Positions 1 through 6,694 of a DNA stretch of 20,000 nucleotides are shown piece after piece. Under the pieces are notes generated by a model, which saw only the letters and a list, made by a program, of their open reading frames with translations, made no database searches and was not told where the DNA came from. The stretch's first letter is position 1, and every line of letters starts with the position of its first letter. The stretch lies in NCBI RefSeq assembly GCF_039541115.1, contig NZ_BAABFP010000004.1, positions 548,335-568,334 of the forward strand, in the 5' to 3' direction. A program made the position numbers and the translations under genes. The DNA comes from Angustibacter luteus (GTDB lineage: Bacteria > Actinomycetota > Actinomycetes > Actinomycetales > Angustibacteraceae).

Positions 1-264
1 TTCACCCTCAGCGGCGGCGAGCAACGCCGACTGTCGGTGGCGACCGCGCTGGCCACTGGGCCTTCGCTGCTGGTGCTCGACGAGCCGACGTTCGGGCAGG
101 ACGCGCGGACCTGGGCCGAGCTCGTCGACCTGCTCCGCGAGCTGCTGGACGACGGCACCGGCGTGCTCGCCGTCACCCACGACGAGGCGCTGGTGACCGC
201 CCTGGCGGACGACGTCCACGAGCTGCCTGGCCCGTTGACGCCCTGGCAGGTGGTGTCCGCATGA
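1..264 (+). CDS. ECF transporter ATP-binding component, C-terminal part (5'-truncated by window; YkoD-like)
   Basis: Frame from base 1 reads [34 protein letters not shown]...VTHD: ABC signature, Walker B/D-loop and H-loop. Stop overlaps the next ATG (ATGA at 261-264). Confidence 0.9.
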   Translation, partial: FTLSGGEQRRLSVATALATGPSLLVLDEPTFGQDARTWAELVDLLRELLDDGTGVLAVTHDEALVTALADDVHELPGPLTPWQVVSA

Positions 265-1064
265 CCGTGATCTCGTTGCAGCGCAGCCACTTCGACGCCA
301 CCGCACCGTTGGCCCGGGCGAACCCGGTCGCCAAGCTCGTGGCGTCCACGGTGATCGCGTTCGGGTTGCTGCTGAGCGTGGACGTCGTCACCGCAGGGAC
401 CGCGCTGGTGCTCGAGCTGCTGGTGCTGCCGCTCGCCGGGCTGACGCTGGTCGCCCTGCTCCGGCGCTCGGTGGTCGTGCTGCTCGGCGCCGTTCCCGCG
501 GGCGTCGCGGCTGTGCTCTTCGGCGTGGACTCCGGCGCCACGCTGCTCGACCTGGGACCGATCAGCATCACCGAGGGCTCGCTGGCCTCCGGTGTCGCGA
601 TCAGCCTGCGCATCCTGGCCATCGGGCTGCCCGGCATCATCCTGCTCTCGACGACTGACCCGACCGACCTCGCCGACGGGCTCGCGCAGGTGCTGCGCCT
701 GCCGTCGCGGGTGACCCTGGCGGCCCTCGCCGCGACCCGGCTGCTCGGCGTGATGGCGGCGGACTGGCGCTCGATGTCGTTGGCGCGCCGGGCTCGTGGC
801 CTCGGCGGCGACGGTCCGGTCGGTGCCGTCCGGGCCGCCGCCGGTCAGGTGTTCGCGTTGCTCGTGCTGGCGATCCGCCGGTCCACCGTGCTCGCGACCA
901 CGATGGAGTCGCGCGGGTTCGGCACCGACCAGCCGCGCACCTGGGCCCGCGAGAGCCGGCTGCACTGGGTGGACGTGGTGGTCGTCCTCGGCTCGGTGGT
1001 GCTGATCGCGGTGGCCATCGCCGCCGGGGTCGCCGCAGGCACCTGGCACCTGCTGCTCACGTGA
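261..1064 (+). CDS. ECF transporter transmembrane T component (EcfT/CbiQ, YkoC-like)
   Basis: 267 aa hydrophobic protein with N-terminal [17 protein letters not shown] and the two conserved Arg motifs (ARRARG, MESRGF); translationally coupled to the ATPase. Confidence 0.9.
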   Translation: MTVISLQRSHFDATAPLARANPVAKLVASTVIAFGLLLSVDVVTAGTALVLELLVLPLAGLTLVALLRRSVVVLLGAVPAGVAAVLFGVDSGATLLDLGPISITEGSLASGVAISLRILAIGLPGIILLSTTDPTDLADGLAQVLRLPSRVTLAALAATRLLGVMAADWRSMSLARRARGLGGDGPVGAVRAAAGQVFALLVLAIRRSTVLATTMESRGFGTDQPRTWARESRLHWVDVVVVLGSVVLIAVAIAAGVAAGTWHLLLT

Positions 1065-1467
1065 TCAGGATGCGACCGGCTGCCCGGACCAGCGCGCGGC
1101 GGTCCGTCGCGGTCAGGTTGGCGGTCAGCGTCTCCACCTGATCGGCGAAGGCGGCGCCGACCTGCTCGGCCAGCGCGCGACCCTCGGCGGTGATGATCAC
1201 GTGCACGACCCGCCGGTCCGAGGTACTGGGCCGGCGGACCACCAGCCCGCGCCGCTCGGCCCGGTCGACCAGGCCGCTGACGCTCGACTTGTCCAGGCCG
1301 AGGTGCTGGCCCAGCTCGTTCATGGTGGGCTCGTGGTCGCGCAGGATGCCGCCCAGGCGGACCTGCGCCAGGGACAGCCCGTGCTCGGCGGCCAGGTCGC
1401 TCAGCGTTCCCTGCACCAGGAACGAGAGCCGGGCCAGGACGTCCACGAGATCGGTTCGGTCGCTCAC
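1057..1467 (-). CDS. MarR-family transcriptional regulator
   Basis: Winged HTH 'TMNELGQHLGLDKSSVSGLVDRAERRGLVVR...SDRRVVHVIITAEG'. Start placed at GTG 1467 because TAGGGT (-10-like, 1480-1475) lies 7 nt upstream; GTG 1476 is the alternative. Confidence 0.92.
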   Translation of the reverse strand: MSDRTDLVDVLARLSFLVQGTLSDLAAEHGLSLAQVRLGGILRDHEPTMNELGQHLGLDKSSVSGLVDRAERRGLVVRRPSTSDRRVVHVIITAEGRALAEQVGAAFADQVETLTANLTATDRRALVRAAGRILIT

Positions 1468-1489
1468 GTCTCCCACCCTACTTGAACTA

Positions 1490-1526
1490 GTACGTGTCGC
1501 GAACTACATTGGTTCGTGTCACGAAC
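1490..1526. promoter_or_regulatory. Tandem palindromic operator (two 15-bp sites), probably bound by the adjacent MarR
   Basis: GTACGTGTCGCGAAC (1490-1504) and the perfect palindrome GTTCGTG-T-CACGAAC (1512-1526), 22 bp apart, in the comparatively AT-rich divergent intergenic region. Confidence 0.7.
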
Positions 1527-1547
1527 ATTTCGTTGAGAGGCACTGCC

Positions 1548-2513
1548 ATGCGCGTGAACGCCGCCGTCGTCCGATCGTTCGACGAGCCGCCCCACCACGA
1601 GGGGTTCGACCTCCCTGACCCGACAGGCGCGGACCAGGCCGTGGTCGACGTCCTCGCGGCAGGTCTGCACCCACGGGTGCGCAGCGGCGCGTCCGGGCGG
1701 CACTACACCAGCACCGGCCGGCTGCCGCTGGTGCCGGGCATCGACGGTGTCGGGCGGCTTGCGGACGGGCGGCTGGTCTACTTCGTCACGGACGACGACC
1801 TGCCCGGCTCGATGGCCGCGCGGGCGGTCATCGACACCCGTCGGATGGTCGTCCTACCTGAGGACGTCGACGTCGTCCGGGTCGCCGCCGCGATGAACCC
1901 CGCGATGTCGTCCTGGGTGGCGCTGCGCCGGCGCGTCCCGATCGAGCCCGGGCAGTCCGTCCTGGTGCTGGGGGCGACCGGCAACGCCGGGCAGATGGCC
2001 GTCCAGGTCGCCAAGCGGCTCGGCGCCGGTCGAGTGGTCGGCGCGGGTCGCAACCCCGCCGCCCTCGCGCTGCTGGCCGGGCTGGGCGCCGACGTCACGG
2101 TCGCGCTGGGGGAGGACGACGACGCGGCCGCGGCGATGCTGGCGGCCGCCGCGAGCGAGGTCGACCTCGTCCTGGACTACCTCTGGGCCGCACCGGCCGC
2201 GAGCGCCATGATGGCGCTGCTGCGGGCGCGGGCTGACCGTAGCCGGGCGCTCGACTGGATCCAGATCGGCTCCGTGGCCGGACCCACCCTCGAGCTCCCT
2301 TCGGTGGCGTTGCGCTCGGCGAACCTGCGGATCCAGGGCAACGGGCAGGGTGCGGTCTCCACCCGGGCCTACGTGGCCGAGTTGCCGTCGCTGGTGGAGG
2401 AGATCAGCTCCGGTCGGCTGGCGGTCAACGCGCGCGCCGTGCCGCTGGCCGACGTCGAGGCGGCCTGGACCGCCTCGGACGTGCCCGGCGTCCGCACCGT
2501 CCTGCAGCCTTGA
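1548..2513 (+). CDS. MDR-superfamily quinone oxidoreductase-like protein (zinc-binding ADH family, apparently Zn-free)
   Basis: ATG 1548 after GAGAGG RBS; GroES-like N-domain (PLVPGIDGVG instead of the GHE Zn motif) and Rossmann motif VLVLGATGNAGQMAVQVAK; 321 aa. Confidence 0.88.
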   Translation: MRVNAAVVRSFDEPPHHEGFDLPDPTGADQAVVDVLAAGLHPRVRSGASGRHYTSTGRLPLVPGIDGVGRLADGRLVYFVTDDDLPGSMAARAVIDTRRMVVLPEDVDVVRVAAAMNPAMSSWVALRRRVPIEPGQSVLVLGATGNAGQMAVQVAKRLGAGRVVGAGRNPAALALLAGLGADVTVALGEDDDAAAAMLAAAASEVDLVLDYLWAAPAASAMMALLRARADRSRALDWIQIGSVAGPTLELPSVALRSANLRIQGNGQGAVSTRAYVAELPSLVEEISSGRLAVNARAVPLADVEAAWTASDVPGVRTVLQP

Positions 2514-2602
2514 CCCAGGCTTGAGGTTCGCTGGGGGTGGCCATAGGGCGGCCGCCGCGAGAGTCAGCTCGTCAACCTGACCGACGAGCAAGGAGCAGTC
2601 CC

Positions 2603-3136
2603 ATGATCCGTCCCCGACTCGCAGCGGTGGTCGCCGCGTCCGCCACCCTGGCCGTCAGCGGCCTCGCCTACGGCCTGGCGTCCAGCTCGGCCGCGACGCC
2701 GAGCACCGCGACGGTCTCGTCGACCACCTCCACGTCGAGCCCGTCCACCTCCGACGACGACCCGACCACGAGCCCGACCGCGACGTCCCGGCCGACGTCC
2801 AGCGCGACGTCCAGCGCGACGTCGAGCCCGACCGCATCACCGAGCACGTCCGACGACCGCCAGCACCGCGGTCGCGGTGCGGACGACGGCGCCGGGCACG
2901 ACGCCAACGACGACCACGGCGGCGACCGCGCCGGCGGCGGCCACGGGGCCGACGACCCGGCGACCCACGACGCCAACGACGACCACGGCGGCGACCGCGG
3001 CGGTCATGGCAGCGGTCACAGCAGCGGTCACGGCAGCGGTCACGGCAGCGACGACGGGTCGGGCCACGACGCGAACGACGACCACGGTGGCGACGACCAC
3101 GGCGGCAGCGGCCACGGTGGCGGAGACGACGACTGA
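2603..3136 (+). CDS. Exported/anchored low-complexity protein with Ser/Thr/Pro linker and His/Asp/Gly-rich repeat tail
   Basis: AAGGAG RBS at 2590-2595, ATG 2603; signal-peptide-like MIRPRLAAVVAASATLAVSGLAYGLASSSAA; three HDANDDHGG repeats plus four GH(G/S)S units; 177 aa. Confidence 0.8.
   Translation: MIRPRLAAVVAASATLAVSGLAYGLASSSAATPSTATVSSTTSTSSPSTSDDDPTTSPTATSRPTSSATSSATSSPTASPSTSDDRQHRGRGADDGAGHDANDDHGGDRAGGGHGADDPATHDANDDHGGDRGGHGSGHSSGHGSGHGSDDGSGHDANDDHGGDDHGGSGHGGGDDD
2897..3094 (+). repeat. Intragenic coding repeats
   Basis: A 34-bp exact repeat CACGACGCCAACGACGACCACGGCGGCGACCGCG at 2897 and 2966, a degenerate third copy at 3065, and a 12-bp tandem GGTCAYRGCAGC x4 at 3002-3049. 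Confidence 0.85.
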
Positions 3137-3150
3137 CCGTGCGCGGCAGC

Positions 3151-4434
3151 TCAGTCCGCCGGCGGGGCGAAGGTCACCACGACCTGCGTCCCGCCGCCGG
3201 GCGCCGCGAGCAGGTCGAGGCTGCCGCCCGCCGCGACCGCCACCCGACGGGCGATGTCCAGCCCCAGACCGCTGGACCCGGCGCCGCTGGCCCCGCGCTC
3301 GACGTCCGAGGCCTGCACCCCACCGGGCCCGGCATCGACCACCCGCAGGCGCACCAGCCCGGCCGACCGGTCCAGCCGGACGTCGAAGCCCGTTCCCTCT
3401 GGCGTGTGCGCGAACACGTTGTCCACCAGGACGTCCACCACGTCGGCCAGCTCCCCGGCGTCCACCGCGGCCAGCAGCGGTCCGGTCGCCAGCTCGACAC
3501 TGACCCGGCGCCCCTGTTCGTCCGCCAGCGCGGACCAGAACTCCACCCGCTCGCGCACCACCGGGACCGCGTCGCAGCGGGAGTCCAGACCGCTCAGCAC
3601 CGGACGGCGCGCGTCCCGGACGATCGCGTCGACCGTGCGCTGCAGCTGGTCCACGTGCCCGCGCAGCCGGGTCGCCGCGTCCTCGTCGAGCACGCCGTCG
3701 ACGTCCAGCCGCAGCGCGGTCACCGGGGTGCGCAGCCGGTGCGACAGGTCCGCGACGGACTCGCGCTCCAGCACCAGCAGCTCGCCGATCCGGTCCGCCA
3801 GCCGGTTCAGGGCCTGCCCGAGCTCGGCGACCTCGGGTGGTCCCTCGACGTCCGCGCGGGCGTCGAGCTCGCCCTCGCGCAGCCGGTGCGCGACCTCGGC
3901 GAGGTCGGTGACCGGCGCGCTGACCCGACCGCCGAGCCGGCGGGCGACCAGCAGCGCGGCGGCGAGCAGCACCACACCGAGGCCCGCCAGGCTGGCCCAG
4001 GCCGCGGCCAGCCCGTGGTGCAGCTCGGCATCGCTGACCGACGTCCGGACGACCGCCGTGCCGTCCCCGGTGACGATCGGGACCAGGACCTGGGCGCCCG
4101 AACCCGCGTGCGCCGTGAAGGCCGCACCCTGCCGGGCGCGCGCGACATCGGCCGCGGGCTGGGTCGGCTCCGCGGCGCCCAGCACCTCACCGCTGGGCAG
4201 CAGCACCGACGTGCTGAACGGCGAGCGCTGGTCGTTCAGGGCGACGAGCTCGGCGAGCTGGCCCTGGTCGTCCACCGTGCCGACCAACGCCGCGACCGAC
4301 TGCGCCTCCTGGTTCGCGCTGGCCAGAGCCCGGTCCTCCGACAGCGTCCGCACCAGCAAGCCGAGAGGGATCAGGAATGCCAGCACCACTGCTGACGTCG
4401 TGGCCACCACGAGCCACGCGATCTGCCGGCGCAT
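3151..4434 (-). CDS. Sensor histidine kinase (2 TM, HAMP, HisKA, HATPase)
   Basis: ATG 4434 overlaps the regulator stop (TGATG); H-box ADLSHRLRTPVTAL, N-box LVDNVFAH, G1 DAGPG, G2 GSSGLGL; HAMP 'PVTDLAEVAHRLREGELDARA...EVAELGQALNRLA'. Confidence 0.93.
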   Translation of the reverse strand: MRRQIAWLVVATTSAVVLAFLIPLGLLVRTLSEDRALASANQEAQSVAALVGTVDDQGQLAELVALNDQRSPFSTSVLLPSGEVLGAAEPTQPAADVARARQGAAFTAHAGSGAQVLVPIVTGDGTAVVRTSVSDAELHHGLAAAWASLAGLGVVLLAAALLVARRLGGRVSAPVTDLAEVAHRLREGELDARADVEGPPEVAELGQALNRLADRIGELLVLERESVADLSHRLRTPVTALRLDVDGVLDEDAATRLRGHVDQLQRTVDAIVRDARRPVLSGLDSRCDAVPVVRERVEFWSALADEQGRRVSVELATGPLLAAVDAGELADVVDVLVDNVFAHTPEGTGFDVRLDRSAGLVRLRVVDAGPGGVQASDVERGASGAGSSGLGLDIARRVAVAAGGSLDLLAAPGGGTQVVVTFAPPAD

Positions 4435-5126
4435 CAGCCCTCGTCCGGCCCGGGTGCGCGCAGCGCCACGCCCACGCCCCGGACGCTGTGCAGGTACCGG
4501 GGCTCGGCCGCGCTCTCGCCGAGCTTGCGGCGCAACCACGACAGGTGCACGTCGACCGTGCGGTCTCCGCCGCCGTACGCCTGGCGCCACACCTCGGCCA
4601 GCAGCTCGCGCTTGCTGACCACCTCACCGGGCCGACTGGCCAGCAGCAGCAGGACGTCGAACTCCTTGCGAGACAGGTCGATCGGGCTGCCGTCGAGGCT
4701 GGCCTGCCGGGTCCGCGGGTCGATGGACAGGCCACCGACGACGACGGGTTCGCTGACCGGCGCGGCGCCGGCCCGGCGCAGGACGGCGCGCAACCTCGCC
4801 TCGACCTGGTCGACACCGAACGGCTTCGCGACGTAGTCGTCCGCGCCCGCATCGAGCGCCCGGACGACGTCAGCGTCGTCGTCGCGTGCCGTGATGACGA
4901 TGACCGGGACGTCGCTCACCGCGCGCAGCATGGCCAGCACCTGGAGCCCGTCGACGTCCGGCAGACCGAGATCGAGCAGGACGACGTCCGGCCGGTCGTC
5001 GACCGCCTGCTGCAGCCCGTCCATGCCCCGGGTGGCGGTGGCGACGGCGTGCCCGCGCTCGCCCAGGCTGCGCACGAGGGCCGACCGGATGCCCGGGTCG
5101 TCCTCGACCACCAGGATCGTCGCCAC
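4434..5126 (-). CDS. OmpR/PhoB-family response regulator
   Basis: ILVVEDD, LLDLGLPDVDG (phospho-Asp), GADDYVAKPF, winged helix 'RTVDVHLSWLRRKLGE...HSVRGVG'. Confidence 0.95.
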   Translation of the reverse strand: MATILVVEDDPGIRSALVRSLGERGHAVATATRGMDGLQQAVDDRPDVVLLDLGLPDVDGLQVLAMLRAVSDVPVIVITARDDDADVVRALDAGADDYVAKPFGVDQVEARLRAVLRRAGAAPVSEPVVVGGLSIDPRTRQASLDGSPIDLSRKEFDVLLLLASRPGEVVSKRELLAEVWRQAYGGGDRTVDVHLSWLRRKLGESAAEPRYLHSVRGVGVALRAPGPDEG

Positions 5127-5191
5127 CCCGGCACGCTACCTGCTGGTCGCCCGTGGAACCGTCCGCTCGACGTCAGTGTCAGGCTGGGCTC

Positions 5192-5791
5192 GTGAAGGGG
5201 CGTCGGGTGGTCGCGATGGCGGCGGCGTGGGTGGCCGTGGTGGCGCTCGCGTCGTCCTTGGCGTGGTTCGCGATCGAGCGCGCCGGCCGCGAGGTGCTCG
5301 CCGGGCCGGCCGTGGGCCTGGGTGACTCCGGGCCGTCCACCGGCGAGCCCGTCGACGCCGCCGCGTCGCCCACCTCCTCGCCCACCGCGTCGCCCACGGC
5401 GTCGCCGTCCAGCACCCGAACCACCTCGGCCCACCCGCCGACGTCCGCGACCCGGCCGGGCCTGCGGGCCGTCGACCGCAGCGCGCAGGTCACCGGCGGG
5501 TCCGTGGGTGTGCGCTGCACGGGCTCGACGGCGCGGCTGCGGTACGCGCAGCCGGCGAGCGGCTGGACGGTGGAGGTCAAGGACACCGGCCCGCAGCGGG
5601 TGGAGGTGGAGTTCACCACGTCCGAGCGCGGCACCCGGGTGCGCGCGGAGTGCGCCGGTGGCGTCCCGACGATCACCAGCGAGCCGCACGGTGGTGGGGG
5701 TGGCGGTGGCGGCGGCGGTGACGACGGCGGCGGTGGTGGGGACGGCGGCGGGTCTGGGTCGAGCGGGTCGAGCGGGTCCGGCAAGGGCTGA
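5192..5791 (+). CDS. Membrane-anchored/exported hypothetical protein with Ser/Thr/Pro linker, small two-Cys domain and Gly/Ser tail
   Basis: N-terminal hydrophobic helix (VVAMAAAWVAVVALASSLAWFAI), compact domain 'GGSVGVRC...YAQPASGWTVEV...VEVEF...VRAEC', poly-Gly tail. Divergent from the response regulator; start GTG 5192 is inferred. Confidence 0.72.
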   Translation: MKGRRVVAMAAAWVAVVALASSLAWFAIERAGREVLAGPAVGLGDSGPSTGEPVDAAASPTSSPTASPTASPSSTRTTSAHPPTSATRPGLRAVDRSAQVTGGSVGVRCTGSTARLRYAQPASGWTVEVKDTGPQRVEVEFTTSERGTRVRAECAGGVPTITSEPHGGGGGGGGGGDDGGGGGDGGGSGSSGSSGSGKG

Positions 5792-5827
5792 CACCCGGCG
5801 GTGACGGCCACGAAACGTTCCGGCAAC
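5790..5827 (+). promoter_or_regulatory. GlnR-box-like array of 11-bp-phased pentamers
   Basis: GACAC-N6-GTGAC-N6-GAAAC-N6-GCAAC; the central GTGAC-N6-GAAAC (5801-5816) fits the actinobacterial GlnR consensus gTnAc-n6-GaAAc. Confidence 0.55.
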
Positions 5828-5900
5828 GTGGCTGGGGCACCGTGGTTCGGGTCAGCCGGGGCCGGGGGGCTGCCCGGAACTCGTGGACCGAAGGAAGCCG

Positions 5901-6554
5901 ATGACCGTAGCCCCGGCCCGTTCCCGTTCCCGTCGTCGTGCCGCCGCTGAGCCCGTGGCGCAGACCGGCGACGCGCGAGCCGCCCTCTCGCTGGCGCGGC
6001 GACCCTGGTCGCTGCCCACCGCGGGTGGGCGCGTCGTGGTCCGTGGCGCGATGCCCGGTGACCTCGCGGCCGTCGCCGTGCTGCACGGGCGGTGCTCGGC
6101 GACGACCCTGCTGCAGCGCTACCTCAAGGGCGGCCGCCCGCCGTCGCTCAGCACGCTCAGCGACCTGATGCACCGCCCGCTCGTCGTCATCGCGCTGGCA
6201 CCGGCCGGCGACGTCGTCGCCCTCGCCTCGGCGACCCGGGCCAGCACGGCTCCCAACGGCGACCCCGAGCCGGGCACCACCCTGCAGATCGGGCTCCTGG
6301 TCCGTGACGACTGGCAGCAGCTCGGCGTCGGCCGCGCCCTGGCGGCCCACGTCGCGGCGTCCGCGCAGCTGTTGGGGGTGCGCGAGCTGGTGGCGGACGT
6401 CGCGTCCCAGGGCCTGCCGCTGCGCCGGATCATGGACGGCATCGGCGCCACCAAGTCGTCCCGCAACGAGCGCGGCTCGCGGCTGCGGACCCGGCTCGAC
6501 CACGCCGCGCTCGCCGGCCTCGGCCCGGTGTCCGGCGTCCTCGTCGCCGGCTGA
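5901..6554 (+). CDS. GNAT-family acetyltransferase (protein-acetyltransferase-like GNAT domain)
   Basis: AAGGAAG RBS, ATG 5901; 'VVVRGAMPGDLAAVAVLHGRCSATTLLQRY' and acetyl-CoA motif A 'LLVRDDWQQLGVGRAL'. Confidence 0.8.
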   Translation: MTVAPARSRSRRRAAAEPVAQTGDARAALSLARRPWSLPTAGGRVVVRGAMPGDLAAVAVLHGRCSATTLLQRYLKGGRPPSLSTLSDLMHRPLVVIALAPAGDVVALASATRASTAPNGDPEPGTTLQIGLLVRDDWQQLGVGRALAAHVAASAQLLGVRELVADVASQGLPLRRIMDGIGATKSSRNERGSRLRTRLDHAALAGLGPVSGVLVAG

Positions 6555-6577
6555 CCCCTCGCGACCGCACCCGTCCC

Positions 6578-6640
6578 CGCACCATTCGCGCTCCACGTGG
6601 TTCTCGAGCCCGCATAGCCACGTCAAGCGCGAATGGTGCG
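6578..6640. repeat. Long intergenic inverted repeat (REP-like or terminator)
   Basis: Perfect 15-bp arms CGCACCATTCGCGCT (6578-6592) / AGCGCGAATGGTGCG (6626-6640), with an inner ACGTGGTT/AGCCACGT stem. Confidence 0.75.
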
Positions 6641-6656
6641 AGGGTGGCGACGCGGG

Positions 6657-6687
6657 TTGACCTCAAGCGGACTTGAGGTTGCACGAT
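6657..6687 (+). promoter_or_regulatory. MerR-type promoter with SoxR-box dyad
   Basis: -35 TTGACC (6657-6662), 19-bp spacer, -10 CACGAT (6682-6687); dyad ACCTCAAG-CGGA-CTTGAGGT (6660-6679) matches the soxbox ACCTCAAG-N4-CTTGAGGT. Confidence 0.85.
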
Positions 6688-6694
6688 CGGGGGC

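Noticed and set aside
2897..3094. 34-bp direct repeat with a ~35-bp spacer, superficially CRISPR-like
   Set aside because: Only 2-3 copies, in frame within a CDS, not palindromic, irregular spacing and no cas genes.
4435..4590. 52-aa N-terminal extension of the kinase in the ORF track
   Set aside because: Overlaps the regulator CDS; the TGATG-coupled ATG at 4434 directly precedes TM1.
3139..5195. Plus-strand ORFs of 418, 454 and 272 aa over the two-component genes
   Set aside because: Shadow frames of well-supported minus-strand genes; Arg/Ser/Pro-rich with no motifs.
5689..5788. GGY-rich tract as a possible non-coding repeat or G4
   Set aside because: Explained as the poly-Gly/Ser coding tail of the 5192-5791 gene.
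6660..6679. Possible third HAIR site
   Set aside because: Half-sites are in the reverse order with a 4-bp spacer (CTCAAG-N4-CTTGAG), which is a SoxR-type dyad rather than HAIR.
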